Assembly (NCBI GenBank): GCA_039024555.1
Contig: JBCCQQ010000048.1
Span: 1 to 49,656 of the forward strand
Source: Cyanobacteria bacterium P01_D01_bin.156
Lineage (GTDB): Bacteria > Cyanobacteriota > Cyanobacteriia > Phormidesmidales > Phormidesmidaceae
Reading direction: 5' to 3'
Length of the DNA stretch: 49,656 nt
Of the stretch, positions 8,355 to 17,446 are shown piece after piece. A program made the position numbers and the translations under genes. Below the pieces are notes generated by a model, which did no database searches, was not told the DNA's origin, and saw only the letters and a program-made list of their open reading frames with translations. How positions within the stretch are numbered: the first letter of the stretch is position 1; the number at the start of each line of letters is the position of its first letter.

Positions 8355-8948
8355 ATGACGTTCAATCGCTTTATTCACCCCAAAACTTCTACCATGCTAA
8401 AGCTGTCTACACGATATTTTCGGCTCCCATCTGTTCCTGTTCTCCTTGGAGTGGCCACAGTCTCACTCTTGTTTGATGCATCATTTAGGGGAATTCTGTT
8501 CAGCACTCTGTTAGTTGCCTGTGCTATCGGACTGATTGGAGCAACGTCTCTCGAAGTCAGCTTAAATCAGCTGGCTCGCTGGAGCCGCAAGACTCGTCTA
8601 AGACGTTTGGCACTGACATCATTGCCATCGTTGGTGCTTTTAGTGGCCTACATTTTGACCGACTTGACCTTAGCCCCCGCCCAGGCTCAGTTTTTACAAA
8701 ATGCGGAAACCTTTATTACGACTCTACTCGCCGGTAGTAATGTACCTGCAACAATGGTCCCACTTATCTTTGGTGTACTGCGAGCCATCTTTGTGATCTA
8801 CATTGCGATCGCCGTAATTCGGGTCCTTGTCGCCGCCAGGAATGACGACGATTGGACGACGTTAGCACGGACACCACTCATTATTGTTATGGCAATTGTA
8901 ATTGGTGATCTCATGGCTAACCTCGTGATCGGCGGAGCCGCACCTTAA
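8355..8948 (+). CDS. T4SS pilin-like membrane protein (VirB2-like)
   Basis: First gene of the transfer operon; PAQAQF processing-like site followed by two hydrophobic helices. Confidence 0.6.
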   Translation: MTFNRFIHPKTSTMLKLSTRYFRLPSVPVLLGVATVSLLFDASFRGILFSTLLVACAIGLIGATSLEVSLNQLARWSRKTRLRRLALTSLPSLVLLVAYILTDLTLAPAQAQFLQNAETFITTLLAGSNVPATMVPLIFGVLRAIFVIYIAIAVIRVLVAARNDDDWTTLARTPLIIVMAIVIGDLMANLVIGGAAP

Positions 8949-8977
8949 GCTCTCTTACGTCTCCTCTCCCCAGCGCC

Positions 8978-9298
8978 ATGTCTCCTCCTAAATTTCGTTC
9001 CGTCAACCAAAACCTCGGTGCTCGCCCTCGGCTAGGGCCGGTCCCCGCAGAACTCGTCTTACCCTGGGGTGCCATTGGTGTCTTTACGCTATTAATCTGC
9101 CAACTCTTTTCGCTCAACTGGGTCTGGACCCTCATCTTTATTCTCAGTGGACTGGCGGTTTGGTGGATTCTAACCGGCAACACACCCTGGCGATTTCTGG
9201 CTAAATTTCAAGGTGTTCCTCGCTGGGCCAAAGGCTATGTGTTGTTTGTTCCCTTTTCTTTATCATCTATCTCTTCAACGCGTAAACGCCGTCGATGA
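8978..9298 (+). CDS. VirB3-like membrane protein
   Basis: Small two-TM protein whose stop overlaps the virB4 start (ATGA). Confidence 0.65.
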   Translation: MSPPKFRSVNQNLGARPRLGPVPAELVLPWGAIGVFTLLICQLFSLNWVWTLIFILSGLAVWWILTGNTPWRFLAKFQGVPRWAKGYVLFVPFSLSSISSTRKRRR

Positions 9299-12120
9299 AA
9301 GCAACGACAACGCTCGGCGCTATCCGCCATGCGGGAAAGCGCTACACTCCCATCGAAGATGCTATCCATCTCTCAGACTATCTTGAATTTTGCATCGGCA
9401 AACGTCGCGTCGGTGCTGTCCTTCTCAAACATAAACAACAGCTCCAGTTTCGCTTTGCATTTCGCTCTACCGGCATCCATCCCACCCTCAGTGCCGATAC
9501 CCTTGCGGAACTGTGTGATGCCGTAGAGTCGGGTCTCAAATGTTTTCCAAGCCAAGAGCACATGAGCCTGGTGTTTACCTCCATTGCCTCGGATGCTACG
9601 CGGCAGCGCCAGCTGGACCAGCTCTACAACATTGCTCCCAATGCTGAACTTAAGGCAATTTTAATGAGTGAAAAGGCACGGGTCCAACAGCTGACCCGTC
9701 AGGGTATTCGTAAACCAAAGTCGCTGCACATCTACTGTTCTGCCACCATTGATTCCAATGCAGCGGATACAGAAGATACCATTGAGGCCTTTATCCAAAA
9801 AGTCTCTGCACTGATGGGCAACAAGTGGCTGCAGTTGATTGGCGAAGACCAGCATCAACGCCATGTCAAACTAAGTCGCATCTTTCAAAAAGCATTCACG
9901 GATTTTCAAAATTGGGAACAGCTGCTCACCACTCAAATTGGTCTTGATGTCGTAGCCCTGACTGCTCATGAGTTATGGGCACTGCAGTGGAATGAATTTA
10001 ATACCACTGAACCGAGACCCTTACCGCAGCTGACGGTGTTTGATGGCACCCACTGTCAGTGTCAACAACAGGTTACTGAACATCCAGCCTCCTACATGTT
10101 TGAAACCGCTCACACCGTACCTGTGGCCGACCGTGAGTGGGTGGCCTATCGCGGTGGCTATGTGGGGGTACTGGCCTTTGAGCATAAGCCCGGTGGCTGG
10201 GTGGATAAGGCAGCGCAGATGCGGTATCTCTGGTCAGCCCTGGCCCGTGATGCGGTCTCGGATGTCACCTTGGTGTGTACTCTCTCTAAAGGCAATGCCA
10301 ATTTGATTAAGGCTGACCTACAGCGGTTACAAAAGCAGGCCAATGTGGCACAAACGGTCTCGGCTCGTCATTCTTCTATTGATGTGGTCAATCAATTGCG
10401 GTCGTCCATTGCCACCGAAGCCCAGGCGAAGTTGTACAGCGGGGATATTCCCTTAATGGTATCGCTGGTGGTACTGGTACGACGACAAACCAAGGGAGAC
10501 TTGGATGATGCCTGTCGGTTTTTGATGAACTGTTTCCAGCGTCCGGCGGGTCTAGAACGGGAGCGGGAATATGCTTGGCGTACCTGGCTGCAGTGTCAGC
10601 CTCAGCTCACCCTAGAGCGTCCTTTATTTACACCCTTTCGCCGACAAAAGACTTATTTGGCGAGTGAAGCCATTGGGCTGATGCCCTTACTAATGACCAA
10701 GCAGTTGGACCGGTCTGGGTTTGAACTGATTGCAGAAGAGGCGGGTACCCCCATTCACATTGACCTGTACACCGCCCACCGTAATTTGTTTATTGCAGGC
10801 ACTACCCGTTCAGGGAAATCGGTCTTGGTATCAGGGATTTTAACCCAGGCACTCGCCAATGGCATGCCGGTAGTAGCCATGGACTTTCCTAAGCAGGATG
10901 GGTCATCAACATTTACCGATTACACCGGACTGTTAGGTGAGAATGGAGCCTATTTTGATATTTCAAAAGAGTCCAACAACTTATTTGAAATTCCTGACCT
11001 GCGCAATCTTCCCCGTGATGAACAGCTAGAGCGGATGAAGGATTATAAAAACTTTCTGGTCAGTGCCCTAATGACCATGGTGTTTGGGGCATCCAGTGAA
11101 GAGATGAGCGCTGATGCCCGCATCATGCGTCAGAATATTCGCTCGGTGCTCACCCTAGCACTAACAACCTTCTTTGAAGATGCCACCATTCAGCAGCGCT
11201 ATGATGCGGCCCTAGCGACAGGTGTCGGGTCTGATGCTTGGTCTCAGATTCCCACACTCCGGGACTATCTGGGCTTTTGTACCCAAGAGACCATTGCTCA
11301 GTACACAGAAGTCTCGAAAGGTGCCGAGGATGCGATTGCTCAAATCAATCTACGGCTCAATTTTTGGCTCGATTCTGCAGTGGGTAAAGCCATTGGTCAA
11401 CCCTCCTCGTTTCGTACCGATGCCCAGCTATTGGTGTTTGCCTTGCGTGGTCTGAGTGACGATGAAGATGCGGCAATTTTATCGCTCTCCTGTTATTCAG
11501 CCGCAGTGCGTCGAGCCTTGGCCTCACCCGCATCTATTTTCTTTATCGATGAGGCTCCCATTCTCTTCAAATATGAAGAAGTCGCGGCCCTAGTCGCTAG
11601 ACTTTGTGCCAATGGGGCAAAGTCTGGGGTACGGGTCATCATTTCAGCTCAAGATCCGGTGACCGTAGCCCGCGCGAAAGCATCAGCGGATATTTTTCCA
11701 AACCTATCCACCAAGCTGATTGGTCGGATTCAGCCTGCTGCACAGCAAAATTTTACCAACATTCTCAAGGTTCCCGCTCATCTCATTGCCCGGAATGCCA
11801 GTGAGAGTTTCTTTCCAAAACGGGATGAACTCTACAGTCAGTGGCTGCTAGAAGACACCGGTATCTTTACCGTCTGTCGTTATTATGCACCCCATTTACA
11901 GTTAGCGGCGGTGGCCAATAATCCCGATGAACAGGCCGCCCGTGATGCCTACATGGCCCAGGCAGAGTCTCCTTTAGCTGGACTCGTGGCCTTTTCCCAT
12001 GCATTGGTAACCGCGATTCAACAGGGACGGGCGATTGAATTACCGCAGAAGGCAGCGGGGCTTCCTGTAGCGGCGACTGTTACTGGTGGAGGGAGCAAGG
12101 GTGAGGGGGTGAGGGGGTGA
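9295..12120 (+). CDS. virB4: VirB4 family conjugative ATPase
   Basis: 941 aa; Walker A GTTRSGKS, Walker B FFIDEAP, AKSG..ISAQ. Confidence 0.9.
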   Translation: MKATTTLGAIRHAGKRYTPIEDAIHLSDYLEFCIGKRRVGAVLLKHKQQLQFRFAFRSTGIHPTLSADTLAELCDAVESGLKCFPSQEHMSLVFTSIASDATRQRQLDQLYNIAPNAELKAILMSEKARVQQLTRQGIRKPKSLHIYCSATIDSNAADTEDTIEAFIQKVSALMGNKWLQLIGEDQHQRHVKLSRIFQKAFTDFQNWEQLLTTQIGLDVVALTAHELWALQWNEFNTTEPRPLPQLTVFDGTHCQCQQQVTEHPASYMFETAHTVPVADREWVAYRGGYVGVLAFEHKPGGWVDKAAQMRYLWSALARDAVSDVTLVCTLSKGNANLIKADLQRLQKQANVAQTVSARHSSIDVVNQLRSSIATEAQAKLYSGDIPLMVSLVVLVRRQTKGDLDDACRFLMNCFQRPAGLEREREYAWRTWLQCQPQLTLERPLFTPFRRQKTYLASEAIGLMPLLMTKQLDRSGFELIAEEAGTPIHIDLYTAHRNLFIAGTTRSGKSVLVSGILTQALANGMPVVAMDFPKQDGSSTFTDYTGLLGENGAYFDISKESNNLFEIPDLRNLPRDEQLERMKDYKNFLVSALMTMVFGASSEEMSADARIMRQNIRSVLTLALTTFFEDATIQQRYDAALATGVGSDAWSQIPTLRDYLGFCTQETIAQYTEVSKGAEDAIAQINLRLNFWLDSAVGKAIGQPSSFRTDAQLLVFALRGLSDDEDAAILSLSCYSAAVRRALASPASIFFIDEAPILFKYEEVAALVARLCANGAKSGVRVIISAQDPVTVARAKASADIFPNLSTKLIGRIQPAAQQNFTNILKVPAHLIARNASESFFPKRDELYSQWLLEDTGIFTVCRYYAPHLQLAAVANNPDEQAARDAYMAQAESPLAGLVAFSHALVTAIQQGRAIELPQKAAGLPVAATVTGGGSKGEGVRG

Positions 12121-12196
12121 TTGTGTTTTGCTTTCTCCCTTGCTCCCCTGCCTCTTTCCCCCCTGCCCTCTTTCTCTTTCCTAAATTTCTTTAACC

Positions 12197-13180
12197 ATGA
12201 ACACCCATCCTCACACTAGACGCCGAGTAATCGGCGTTCTCTCCGTCCTATGGCTTTTATCTGTGCCAGCCAGCCCTGCCCAGGCCAGTCTGATTCCAGG
12301 CAACATTGATTTTGGGTCCATTGGCTCCGGTGGTCTCAGTTCCATTATGGGAGATCTCGGCATCAACCTCCCGGATATCTCCGGTGTCCTTGGCGATATT
12401 ACCGCTGGCATTCCAGAGCTTTCCATTGGCGGTCTAGAAGATCTTTTGAATATCGGCGATATTGATCTTGGCAATATCCTTGGAGACATGGGTCTGCCGG
12501 ACCTGAATGATATGTTTGATGACATTCTGGGGGATGTCCTGGGCGGCCATTGTTTTCTTCCCCAGGGCTGTGGTAGCCCCAATGGGGGTGGAGCCAATTC
12601 ACCGGGAAATAATACTCCGCCCGTTCTCTCGGTCTTAGGTGGAGCATCCGCCAGTATCACACCGGGGGTTAATCCCACCGTAGCCGCCAATGTGGATGCG
12701 GTGGGCACACTCACAGATGCGATGACGGCTCTGGGACTTTCTGAAGCGGGACAGGCGGCTACAAAACAACGGCTAACAGCGGCTCAAACGGGGGCAGATA
12801 ATTCTAAAACCCTGGTTGAACAATCTATTGAAGCGTTAGCTCAACAGGCGGAAGCCGCAGAACAGGTGGTCACCTCCACCCAGGAACAAACCAGTACCCA
12901 AGATGTGCTCAAAACCGCACTATCGGGAATGGTGTCTCTCCAAGTGGCCACATCCAGTCAAGTGGCCTATGGGCGTCAACAAAATGCCATTGATACTCAG
13001 CTATCGGTCCTTGATCTTCACTTTGGTCGAGAGATCCGCGATGGCACCTTTGTTAATGGCAAAAATCTCCAGCTCCTAAACCAACAGCTCAACCAATCTA
13101 TCCAGCGAGATATGGCAACCGCAGCAGGAGCCACGGAAGATGCCGCTCGCACTAGCCGATTGGTTCATGTGATGAGGTGA
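12197..13180 (+). CDS. Exported T4SS protein (VirB5/TrbJ-like position)
   Basis: Signal peptide ending PAQA, a G/D/L-rich repeat region and a helical C-terminal half (STQDVLK). Confidence 0.55.
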   Translation: MNTHPHTRRRVIGVLSVLWLLSVPASPAQASLIPGNIDFGSIGSGGLSSIMGDLGINLPDISGVLGDITAGIPELSIGGLEDLLNIGDIDLGNILGDMGLPDLNDMFDDILGDVLGGHCFLPQGCGSPNGGGANSPGNNTPPVLSVLGGASASITPGVNPTVAANVDAVGTLTDAMTALGLSEAGQAATKQRLTAAQTGADNSKTLVEQSIEALAQQAEAAEQVVTSTQEQTSTQDVLKTALSGMVSLQVATSSQVAYGRQQNAIDTQLSVLDLHFGREIRDGTFVNGKNLQLLNQQLNQSIQRDMATAAGATEDAARTSRLVHVMR

Positions 13181-14298
13181 TGTCTATGCAAATGCTCCTA
13201 TTTGGTCAGGTTCCCCAGGTGGTTGAAGACTGCGTCAGTCCCTTTTTTAACAAGAATGACTTTGCCCTCAACTGTGGCACCGCCCTCTCCCAACAAATGG
13301 CCAATGCCTGGGATGAATCCTGGACATTGTTTATCGCGACTCCCAATCAGATTTATATTGCCCTGGTCAATCTGGGCCGATTGTTTGCCCTATTGTCCCT
13401 GGGCTTTTTTATGTTCAAATTTTTGCGGGCAGCGCTGGCGGATGAATCCTATGATGTAATCTCTCAAATGGTGTGGCCGCTTGTCGTGGTGATTTTACTC
13501 GGCAATGATGCCAGCCTACTACGACAGACATCCACCACCCTGCGTAGCTTGATCAATCAAACCAATGCCCAGGTTCTACAAATTGCCAATGCCTCACTTG
13601 TGTATGAAACCCATCTCAATGAGGTATTGGACTATGGCAATGCGGAAAAAGCGATCCGTGATGTACGCGCCCAGTGTAATGGCATCACCAACAATGATCA
13701 GCTGATTGCTTGTTTAGAACAGGGGCAGCAGCAGGCGACGGCTATTGTTGATGGGTTTAATGCTCGCTATGGCACCACCATCTGGGGAAATCGGCTCACC
13801 AATCTGGTGAAAACAGCAATCTCAGATCTTAGGGAGAATCCATTGCTGGCCCTCAATCTCAAAGGGGCCGTCGTCAATCCACTGATTAGTTTAGCCATTG
13901 AAGCCTTTTTAGCCGCCCTCCAAAATGCATTTCAGTATCTTGTCGAGCTGAGCTTTTTGTTAACCGCGATGTTAGGCCCGATTGCATTGGGACTAACGCT
14001 CTCTCCCTTGGGCGGTATTGCTCTCTATGCCTGGATTATTTCATTTCTCTCCGTCGGGCTAGCCAAGCTATGTTTTAACGTGGTCACCGCCATGTTGGTG
14101 ACGATGATTTATCAGGCCGGTCCCCTAGACCCCATGGTCAATATGATTTTGCTCGGGCTTCTAGCCCCTGTTCTTTCCTTTGCCATGGCTGCAGGGGGTG
14201 GAATGGCCGTCTTTAATGGAGTACTCGCTACGGTTCAACAGTTAACCTTTAGCGTGGCCTCCCTGGGATTGAGTGCCTACACGGGGGGTAAATCATGA
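13177..14298 (+). CDS. VirB6-like polytopic membrane protein
   Basis: Multiple TM segments flanking a central periplasmic loop; operon position. Confidence 0.7.
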   Translation: MMSMQMLLFGQVPQVVEDCVSPFFNKNDFALNCGTALSQQMANAWDESWTLFIATPNQIYIALVNLGRLFALLSLGFFMFKFLRAALADESYDVISQMVWPLVVVILLGNDASLLRQTSTTLRSLINQTNAQVLQIANASLVYETHLNEVLDYGNAEKAIRDVRAQCNGITNNDQLIACLEQGQQQATAIVDGFNARYGTTIWGNRLTNLVKTAISDLRENPLLALNLKGAVVNPLISLAIEAFLAALQNAFQYLVELSFLLTAMLGPIALGLTLSPLGGIALYAWIISFLSVGLAKLCFNVVTAMLVTMIYQAGPLDPMVNMILLGLLAPVLSFAMAAGGGMAVFNGVLATVQQLTFSVASLGLSAYTGGKS

Positions 14299-15104
14299 TT
14301 CCTTTTCTTAAGGGTCGTCAGACCATTGCTAATCCTGTGGTCCAGGATTCCACAAACTGGGGGCGAGTCGGACAAAAGAGTTTTCTAGCGATCTTACTGA
14401 TTGCCAATCTCAGCATCTCGGGTCTCTTCGGTCTACTGATTCTCTCCACCCTATCCTATACGCGCCATCTTGCGAAAAAGCCTGCAGCAGCTCTCGTGCA
14501 GCTCACCGATGGCACCAGTATTCGGGTAACCGAAACGCCTAACCAGCAGCGAGAACCGGAAATTATTCGCAAGTTTGTGAGCGACAGTCTCATCTACTTG
14601 ATGAACTGGTCTGCGGATCTACCCGCCGCTGAACCCACCAGCAAGTTTGATACCGCTGCAACTGTCCCGCAAGATACGGGCATTGAGGTTACCCTCGCCG
14701 ATGGGTTTACCAAAAAGGTGACCACACCCGCTTGGCAAGCGTCCTTCACCCTAGAAGAAGAATTTCGTACTGAGTTTCTTCAAAAGCTCGCCACCATGAC
14801 CCCGGAAGATATCTTTGCTGGTCATAAAGAAGTGGTGCTTAAAATCCGCGAGGTGGGCTATCCGGCGGACCAAGATCCCGGTTCCTGGAGTGTGGATGTG
14901 GTGGCCGATTTGATGGTCTATTCGCCCCAAACACCCACCGGTAAGGCCGTTCCCTTTAATAAACGCATCTACGTTCAATCCATTGATGTCCCAGCCCCAC
15001 CGGAGACGCTAACGCCCCTAGCCACGGCCATCTATGCGGTACGACGGTCCGGGCTAGAGATTACGGGCATGCGAGATCTACAGCTGCAAGAGTTTACAGA
15101 ATAA
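14295..15104 (+). CDS. VirB8-like bitopic protein
   Basis: One N-terminal TM followed by a periplasmic domain; operon position. Confidence 0.6.
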   Translation: MIPFLKGRQTIANPVVQDSTNWGRVGQKSFLAILLIANLSISGLFGLLILSTLSYTRHLAKKPAAALVQLTDGTSIRVTETPNQQREPEIIRKFVSDSLIYLMNWSADLPAAEPTSKFDTAATVPQDTGIEVTLADGFTKKVTTPAWQASFTLEEEFRTEFLQKLATMTPEDIFAGHKEVVLKIREVGYPADQDPGSWSVDVVADLMVYSPQTPTGKAVPFNKRIYVQSIDVPAPPETLTPLATAIYAVRRSGLEITGMRDLQLQEFTE

Positions 15105-15113
15105 CGATTAGCC

Positions 15114-16625
15114 ATGAGCGATCTACAGAACAATATGGCCTATCAAGAGATGGCCCGGCTGGTCAATTTTGATCAGCCTGATGCGACCATTACTCCACCC
15201 AACAACAGTGATACTTCTCTTCATCATCCAGAAGATACGCCCAGTCCTCGACGGTTTTCTCAAAAGGGCTCGACCAAAATTCTATTTGTCACCGGGGGTG
15301 TTTCAACGGTTGCGCTTTTAGTCGGATTGATTACCAATCAAATCTTTCGACCGGTTTCGGTCACCTCAACAGAGACAACAGAAACATCCTACGAAGCGGA
15401 TGACGGGCTCACGCTATCGTTGGAGCCGCCCTCTGAAAACAAGGGTGAATTGGGAGCTCTCCGTACTGAAGTGGCCCTCAAGGATCAGGCACAGGAATTA
15501 GAGGATATGGATGGGGATCTACCGTCCCAAGCCAATAGCGATGATGCTATCGACAGCGTAGAAACAGCATCGTCTGAAACAACTTCCGTAGCAACGTCTG
15601 CAACCACAACAACAGCCCCTCAGCCTGCTGCATCGCGCTCAGCAACAGCACCTCGGACGGCTCCTGTACAAACAACTCCGGCACCGATTCAGCCGAGAGT
15701 CGTACCCACACCAATGGAACCGGTTAATCCGTGGGAAACGTGGCAACAGTTGGCGCAATCTGGCACTCTGGGTCAGCTGATGTCCCAGAGTTCGTCTACC
15801 GCTCGCCCTAGGTCCTCAACAGTACGACCAACGGTCACACGTCAGTCGGGCACAACAACCATCGGTCCGGCTAGGACCTTATCATCTGAAACATCGTCAC
15901 AACAGCAGGCGGATACGTCCCTCGGCACCTATATCAATGGCCATGCCCCCGTGCCCGGCATGCGTCATGCGACAACGCGTACCCTTGCCATTGGCACAAC
16001 CGCGACAGCCACGGTAACAACACCCATCCTCTGGCCCGGAGACGGGACTCAGACAACTCATTCTAGAGCCCCAGATACGCCTAAATATATTGTCACCCTT
16101 GATGAGGCGTTAACGACAGCCGACAACCACATTGTTTTTCCACGCTCTGCCCAGCTGATTGTGACAGTAGCTCCCATGGATACGGCTTCGGGTGTCGCCA
16201 CTCTCGATGTTTTAGCGGTGTTGCGCGATGCTCAGGCCTACACCATTCCACCGGGTCAGCTCCACATTCGTGGTAAAGCGGGTAATCCTTTGGTGGCTAA
16301 GCGGTTTAACGACCCCGGTGGGGCTATTTTCTCCATGGATGCGGGTCTCTTTGCGATTAGTGGCCTAGCCAATCTGGGCACTATCCTCAATCGCCCCCGC
16401 AGTTCCACCGTGGTTAATTCTGACTTTCAAGGCACCATCGCCAATGACTATGACGATCCAAACTTTATCGGCGCAGTGCTGGAAGGGGGAGCCGGTGCCC
16501 TGGCAGATCGTTTAGCCGAGCGGAATGACCAGGCCATTGAAGCACTGGCAGAACACCCCTCGACCTGGTATCTCCCGGCAGGTACTGAGGTGCAGCTGTT
16601 TGTTAATCAGCCAATGCAGATTTGA
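15114..16625 (+). CDS. VirB10/TrbI-like protein
   Basis: TM, S/T/P-rich linker and a C-terminal beta domain ending LPAGTEVQLFVN. Confidence 0.8.
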   Translation: MSDLQNNMAYQEMARLVNFDQPDATITPPNNSDTSLHHPEDTPSPRRFSQKGSTKILFVTGGVSTVALLVGLITNQIFRPVSVTSTETTETSYEADDGLTLSLEPPSENKGELGALRTEVALKDQAQELEDMDGDLPSQANSDDAIDSVETASSETTSVATSATTTTAPQPAASRSATAPRTAPVQTTPAPIQPRVVPTPMEPVNPWETWQQLAQSGTLGQLMSQSSSTARPRSSTVRPTVTRQSGTTTIGPARTLSSETSSQQQADTSLGTYINGHAPVPGMRHATTRTLAIGTTATATVTTPILWPGDGTQTTHSRAPDTPKYIVTLDEALTTADNHIVFPRSAQLIVTVAPMDTASGVATLDVLAVLRDAQAYTIPPGQLHIRGKAGNPLVAKRFNDPGGAIFSMDAGLFAISGLANLGTILNRPRSSTVVNSDFQGTIANDYDDPNFIGAVLEGGAGALADRLAERNDQAIEALAEHPSTWYLPAGTEVQLFVNQPMQI

Positions 16626-16637
16626 GGAGGGGTCACG

Positions 16638-17414
16638 ATGAACTGGTTTAAGCAATGTATTCCACTGGCTGTTCTTTCAGGCATCTCCTTAATATTCTCA
16701 TCTCCAGCGGTGGCGCTTCAGGTGCTTGAACTTCCGTTGGCTCAGCTTCAGGGAAACACTCTGCCCATTCTCTCTATCCCACGGGGGCACAGCATCACCC
16801 TATCGTTTATCGAGTCAGGGCATCGGATTCAGTCCGTCTGGCTAGACGATCCATCTCACCTGGTCTTTAACACTGATACTCCCCTATGTACTCAGTCCAC
16901 TCAGCGCGATTGTGGGTCAGCGTCGGTGATTCGTATCCGTCAGCTGGCCCACGGAATTGACTTTCCGGCCAATGCGGCAAATCAGTTTCCCAATGGCAGC
17001 GGCCACAGCACGCTGATGACGCTGGTGGCCACCGACCCACACAATCAACCGGTGCTCTATTCGGTGGTCCTCCATATGAGTCCCCAATCCACCGCAACCT
17101 ACGCCACCATCCGGGTCGTGCCCAACCCACCGTACACACCACCGGGGATTGTTCGCCGACAGGTGCAGACACGTCTAACCGAAATTCGTCGCGGTCTCCA
17201 ACAGGCACAACAGCAACAGCTAATGGACACTCAGCATCCGGAGTGGTCCAACCTGCAGTCTTTTTTGTCCCTAGCGTCCACCGGCACGCTGTCTCTCAAT
17301 GAGGCCATTGCCCAGTCCGGGGTCTCCCGCGCCCTCATTAACCGACTTGCGGCAATAGGTACCCAATCTCCCCCGCGCCCAGTCTCCCCAGCTCCCTCCA
17401 CAACTAGGCATTAA
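16638..17414 (+). CDS. VirB9-like exported T4SS protein
   Basis: GAGG RBS, signal peptide, GHSITLSF..IQSVWLDDPS beta-rich domain. Confidence 0.6.
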   Translation: MNWFKQCIPLAVLSGISLIFSSPAVALQVLELPLAQLQGNTLPILSIPRGHSITLSFIESGHRIQSVWLDDPSHLVFNTDTPLCTQSTQRDCGSASVIRIRQLAHGIDFPANAANQFPNGSGHSTLMTLVATDPHNQPVLYSVVLHMSPQSTATYATIRVVPNPPYTPPGIVRRQVQTRLTEIRRGLQQAQQQQLMDTQHPEWSNLQSFLSLASTGTLSLNEAIAQSGVSRALINRLAAIGTQSPPRPVSPAPSTTRH

Positions 17415-17446
17415 TCACGCCCCATCCCTTTAGCCCACTCTCTCCC

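Noticed and set aside
12091..12180. G-rich/C-rich tract forming a GGGAGCAAGGG..CCCTTGCTCCC hairpin after virB4
   Set aside because: Resembles the short purine/pyrimidine intergenic repeats common in filamentous cyanobacteria; at most an mRNA stability hairpin.
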